From: Bacteroidales bacterium
GTDB lineage: Bacteria > Bacteroidota > Bacteroidia > Bacteroidales > DTU049
NCBI GenBank assembly: GCA_018056215.1
Contig: JAGPGB010000001.1
Span: forward strand, 1 to 41,126
Direction of reading: 5' to 3'
DNA: 41,126 nucleotides
The position numbers were made by a program, and so were the translations under genes. Each line of letters opens with the position of its first letter. The first letter of the stretch is position 1. This document shows, one piece after another, positions 38,938-41,126 of the stretch. A model generated the notes under the pieces. That model was not told the origin of the DNA, ran no database searches, and saw nothing but the letters and a program-made list of their open reading frames with translations.

Positions 38938-40005
38938 ATGAGTTATTCAAGGAAATATCATGAAACAATAACAGTTAGAGGGTCAAAGACCGTAACTGTA
39001 TCATATCCAAAATCTGAAAGTGGTGGAAGTAAATCTGTTACTGTGGATTATGTTGAAAATGTACCTGTAGACGTTAATATCCATGTTGATACAGATCCAT
39101 TTGATGATAGTGTTGAAAGTTGCAATACAAATGTAAATTTGCTTACCGGTGCTGTGGTTGCAACGGAAGTAGCACAAATTGCTTCTATTGACAAAAATTC
39201 AAAGAAAGTAGCAAATACTATTATCGATGGCTTTTTTGGTTATATACGCTCAGAAATAAGCCAACAAATTGCTGAATTAACTCAGGGTATAGATTCTCAA
39301 TTGATGCACCTTAGAGAATTATCGAAAGCTGTAGTTGATAAGAAACGACAAATGGAAGGCGATTTTTTGCGAATTTCAAGCAGATACATAAAAACTTTTG
39401 ACGATCTGAATAATGAATTATCTAACCGTATTTTTGAACTCGATAAACCCACATTTGTTTTCAAAAAAGAATTAGATAATCAAAGTATCAGAACTACCAA
39501 CAATGATTTAGTTAACACTGTTGCAATTTTTGGCAAAGAGGGTAGCGAATTACATTCAAAAATAAGTGCCTCAATTGCAAAAAAACGTGCTTTAGATACA
39601 TTGAATAAAGCTAAAGTATTTTTATGGCAGCAGAAAAAGTTAAACAATACCATACAGCAAAGCATGTTGAATGAAAGCACGGAATCTCCGCAATATTCAC
39701 CTGTGTGTTTTATAGAAACAAAAGCGGATAAAAATCAAATATCTAAAGGATTACATACACCTTCATTCGTTTCTGCTTTGCAGGAAAACCAAACAAAAAA
39801 TGAGCTAATTGAGCAATTCAATGAATCAACAAATTCATGGAGTACAATAACAAAAGATTACACAGAAAATCTTAAATTGTACTTTAATTCTGAATTAAAC
39901 AAATCATACACAACTGCCGACCAACATTCGGTAAGGGTAAAGGAAATGATTCAAAAGATTGCCAATCTGGGTTCTATTCAAACAATAAGTGTTCAAAATC
40001 TTTAA
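38938..40005 (+). CDS. Hypothetical alpha-helical protein (355 aa), paralog B, with an extra beta-strand-like N-terminal ~45 aa
   Basis: Core aa 50-175 aligns without gaps to aa 8-133 of the 303-aa protein. By hand count 56 of 126 positions are identical. Confidence 0.7.
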   Translation: MSYSRKYHETITVRGSKTVTVSYPKSESGGSKSVTVDYVENVPVDVNIHVDTDPFDDSVESCNTNVNLLTGAVVATEVAQIASIDKNSKKVANTIIDGFFGYIRSEISQQIAELTQGIDSQLMHLRELSKAVVDKKRQMEGDFLRISSRYIKTFDDLNNELSNRIFELDKPTFVFKKELDNQSIRTTNNDLVNTVAIFGKEGSELHSKISASIAKKRALDTLNKAKVFLWQQKKLNNTIQQSMLNESTESPQYSPVCFIETKADKNQISKGLHTPSFVSALQENQTKNELIEQFNESTNSWSTITKDYTENLKLYFNSELNKSYTTADQHSVRVKEMIQKIANLGSIQTISVQNL

Positions 40006-40017
40006 AAAATAATAACA

Positions 40018-40992
40018 ATGAAAGAGTTAAAAGAAATTCGATTCAATGAAACCAATATCCAACTTAAGGACAATTTGGTTAAAGGCTCTATACTTCCTGA
40101 AAAAATTGCTGAGTTAAATAGAACTATCACAATACAGGGTAGTACCGTTATTGAGGGTCCTGTATATGCACATAAGTTAGAGATTCAACAAGGTGATTCA
40201 GAAATACATGGAGCAGTATTTACACAGCTTGAACTGTATGTAAATAGTGAAGCAAAAGGTAATGTTACCTTCAAAAAAAGTGTAGGTTCAGCCAATTCAA
40301 TTGTTTCAAGGGCTCAAAACTGCAATATTATGTTTCATAGTGACATAAATGCAAAGAGCGTAACTTTGTATAATGCTTTTGTTGCTGGTAGCATATATGC
40401 AGATGAAATAATACTTGAGAACAGTGTTGTAATTGGTGGCGTTTTTGCAACTCAAACAATTGATTTAACTAATTCAATTGTTGGCACATTTAACACTCCA
40501 TCTATTAAAGCGGCTCAAATGGTAAGTTTGCTTTTACCAAGTGCTTTTTCTATTGAAAAAATACTTGTTGTGCCAGGGACAAAATTCTACAATCTAAGCT
40601 TGGCTGATTTAGGCTCATTATACAAAGGGTTGCCACAGTCAATAAATTCTGGTAGAATTGAAATGAACATTGATGCTGATGAAGTTAAAACTACCTTAAC
40701 GAATGAAGAAACCCAAAAAACATTAAGAAGCTACACAGTCGTTGGAAAAGTTTTAGCAGCAGATTTGTTGGATATGGATAAATTTCAAAATCACTTTTTA
40801 TTGACTGCCGCAAGCTTAGGTACTCAATTACTGAAAACCTATGACTTGGGAGTCGATGCCAAAGGACAACCAGCAACTTTGACAATGGAGAAAATTAGAA
40901 ACTTCTTCTTTGATATTTTACATGGTAAAATTGAAGTTCAAGAAATTAACGGAAACTTTGATATTTCACAAATTACTGGAAAATTTAATTAA
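40018..40992 (+). CDS. Bactofilin-like (polymer-forming cytoskeletal, beta-helical repeat) protein with a non-repeat C-terminal domain
   Basis: aa ~35-165 show short periodic beta-helix-like repeats rich in G/V/I/A (TIQGSTVIEGPVYAHKLEIQQGDSEIHGAVFTQLELYVNSEAKGNVTFKKSVGS...VAGSIYADEIILENSVVIGGVFATQTIDLTNSIVG). The assignment is by eye only. Confidence 0.5.
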   Translation: MKELKEIRFNETNIQLKDNLVKGSILPEKIAELNRTITIQGSTVIEGPVYAHKLEIQQGDSEIHGAVFTQLELYVNSEAKGNVTFKKSVGSANSIVSRAQNCNIMFHSDINAKSVTLYNAFVAGSIYADEIILENSVVIGGVFATQTIDLTNSIVGTFNTPSIKAAQMVSLLLPSAFSIEKILVVPGTKFYNLSLADLGSLYKGLPQSINSGRIEMNIDADEVKTTLTNEETQKTLRSYTVVGKVLAADLLDMDKFQNHFLLTAASLGTQLLKTYDLGVDAKGQPATLTMEKIRNFFFDILHGKIEVQEINGNFDISQITGKFN

Positions 40993-40995
40993 GCA

Positions 40996-41126
40996 ATGCC
41001 GGACGTAAAGCAAGCACATTTGCAAACCGCAGAATGCCAACTCACAAACCAAAGTTTGCAAAAGAGCTTGCTTTGCCCACCCGGAAAAACAAAAAATCTT
41101 CCCTCTCTAAAAAATAAAACTTTGCC
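40996..41126 (+). CDS. Possible 5' end of an eighth operon gene (open frame runs off the window); could instead be non-coding structured sequence
   Basis: The ATG at 40996 is 3 nt after the preceding stop. The frame MPDVKQAHLQTAECQLTNQSLQKSLLCPPGKTKNLPSLKNKTL... has no stop up to nt 41126. The segment also contains a long imperfect inverted repeat. Confidence 0.25.
   Translation, partial: MPDVKQAHLQTAECQLTNQSLQKSLLCPPGKTKNLPSLKNKTL

Noticed and set aside
34150-40885. Minus-strand ORFs inside the candidate operon: 34150..34377, 35543..35779, 36304..36489, 36909..37094, 37081..37491, 37475..37690, 38314..38553, 39480..39680 and 40691..40885.
   Set aside because: Each is antisense to a longer, tightly packed sense gene, and none has a recognisable motif. 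The 136-aa one (37081..37491) is Gln/Leu-rich low complexity that mirrors the sense-strand coiled coil.
33352-41063. An identical 11-mer, AGTTTGCAAAA, on both sides of the operon (33352-33362 and 41053-41063), considered as possible att-like direct repeats.
   Set aside because: It is short and AT-rich. It also overlaps the TTTGCAAA/TAnnTTTG promoter-type motif that recurs in other intergenic regions here (for example 3314-3324 and 23503-23512). A chance match is plausible, and the right island boundary is probably outside the window.
1-41126. A search by eye for CRISPR arrays, tRNA/rRNA genes, IS elements, integrases and toxin-antitoxin pairs.
   Set aside because: I found no regularly spaced repeats, no tRNA-like GC-rich cloverleaf segments in intergenic regions, and no transposase or integrase motifs in any ORF.

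Overview
This is an AT-rich chromosome segment that looks like Bacteroidota. The evidence is T9SS C-terminal sorting domains, TAnnTTTG promoter boxes, and a str-S10-spc-alpha ribosomal supercluster without tuf. Left part (1-15.2 kb): the 3' part of radA, an OmpR-type response regulator plus histidine kinase, and a tandemly duplicated two-gene cassette. Each cassette copy encodes a 136-aa secreted protein and a ~870-aa CUB/PKD/P-domain surface protein with a type-B T9SS sorting domain. This part also holds a MORN-repeat lipoprotein, ansA, a TatD-family hydrolase and a GH18+CUB T9SS cargo protein. Middle (15.4-33.3 kb, minus strand): an uninterrupted 33-gene block from rpsL to rplQ. It includes rpmD, which is below the ORF-track cutoff, and rpmJ, rplF and rpsN, whose track starts are too long. 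Right part (33.65-41.1 kb, plus strand): a tightly packed operon whose codon usage looks different from the rest of the window. It encodes a 54-aa signal-anchor peptide, a YdjI/COG4260-type SPFH protein ending in four zinc ribbons, and a 4-TM protein. It also encodes a 723-aa coiled-coil protein with a poly-acidic tail carrying a perfect 75-bp tandem duplication, two paralogous helical proteins of unknown family, and a bactofilin-like beta-helix protein. I could find no enzymatic motif in any of these, and a further open frame runs off the window end. I regard this operon as the candidate undescribed system: a membrane-associated scaffold or cytoskeletal module, possibly for membrane stress or phage defence. 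Its function cannot be established from sequence reading alone. I found no rRNA, tRNA, CRISPR array, transposase or integrase.
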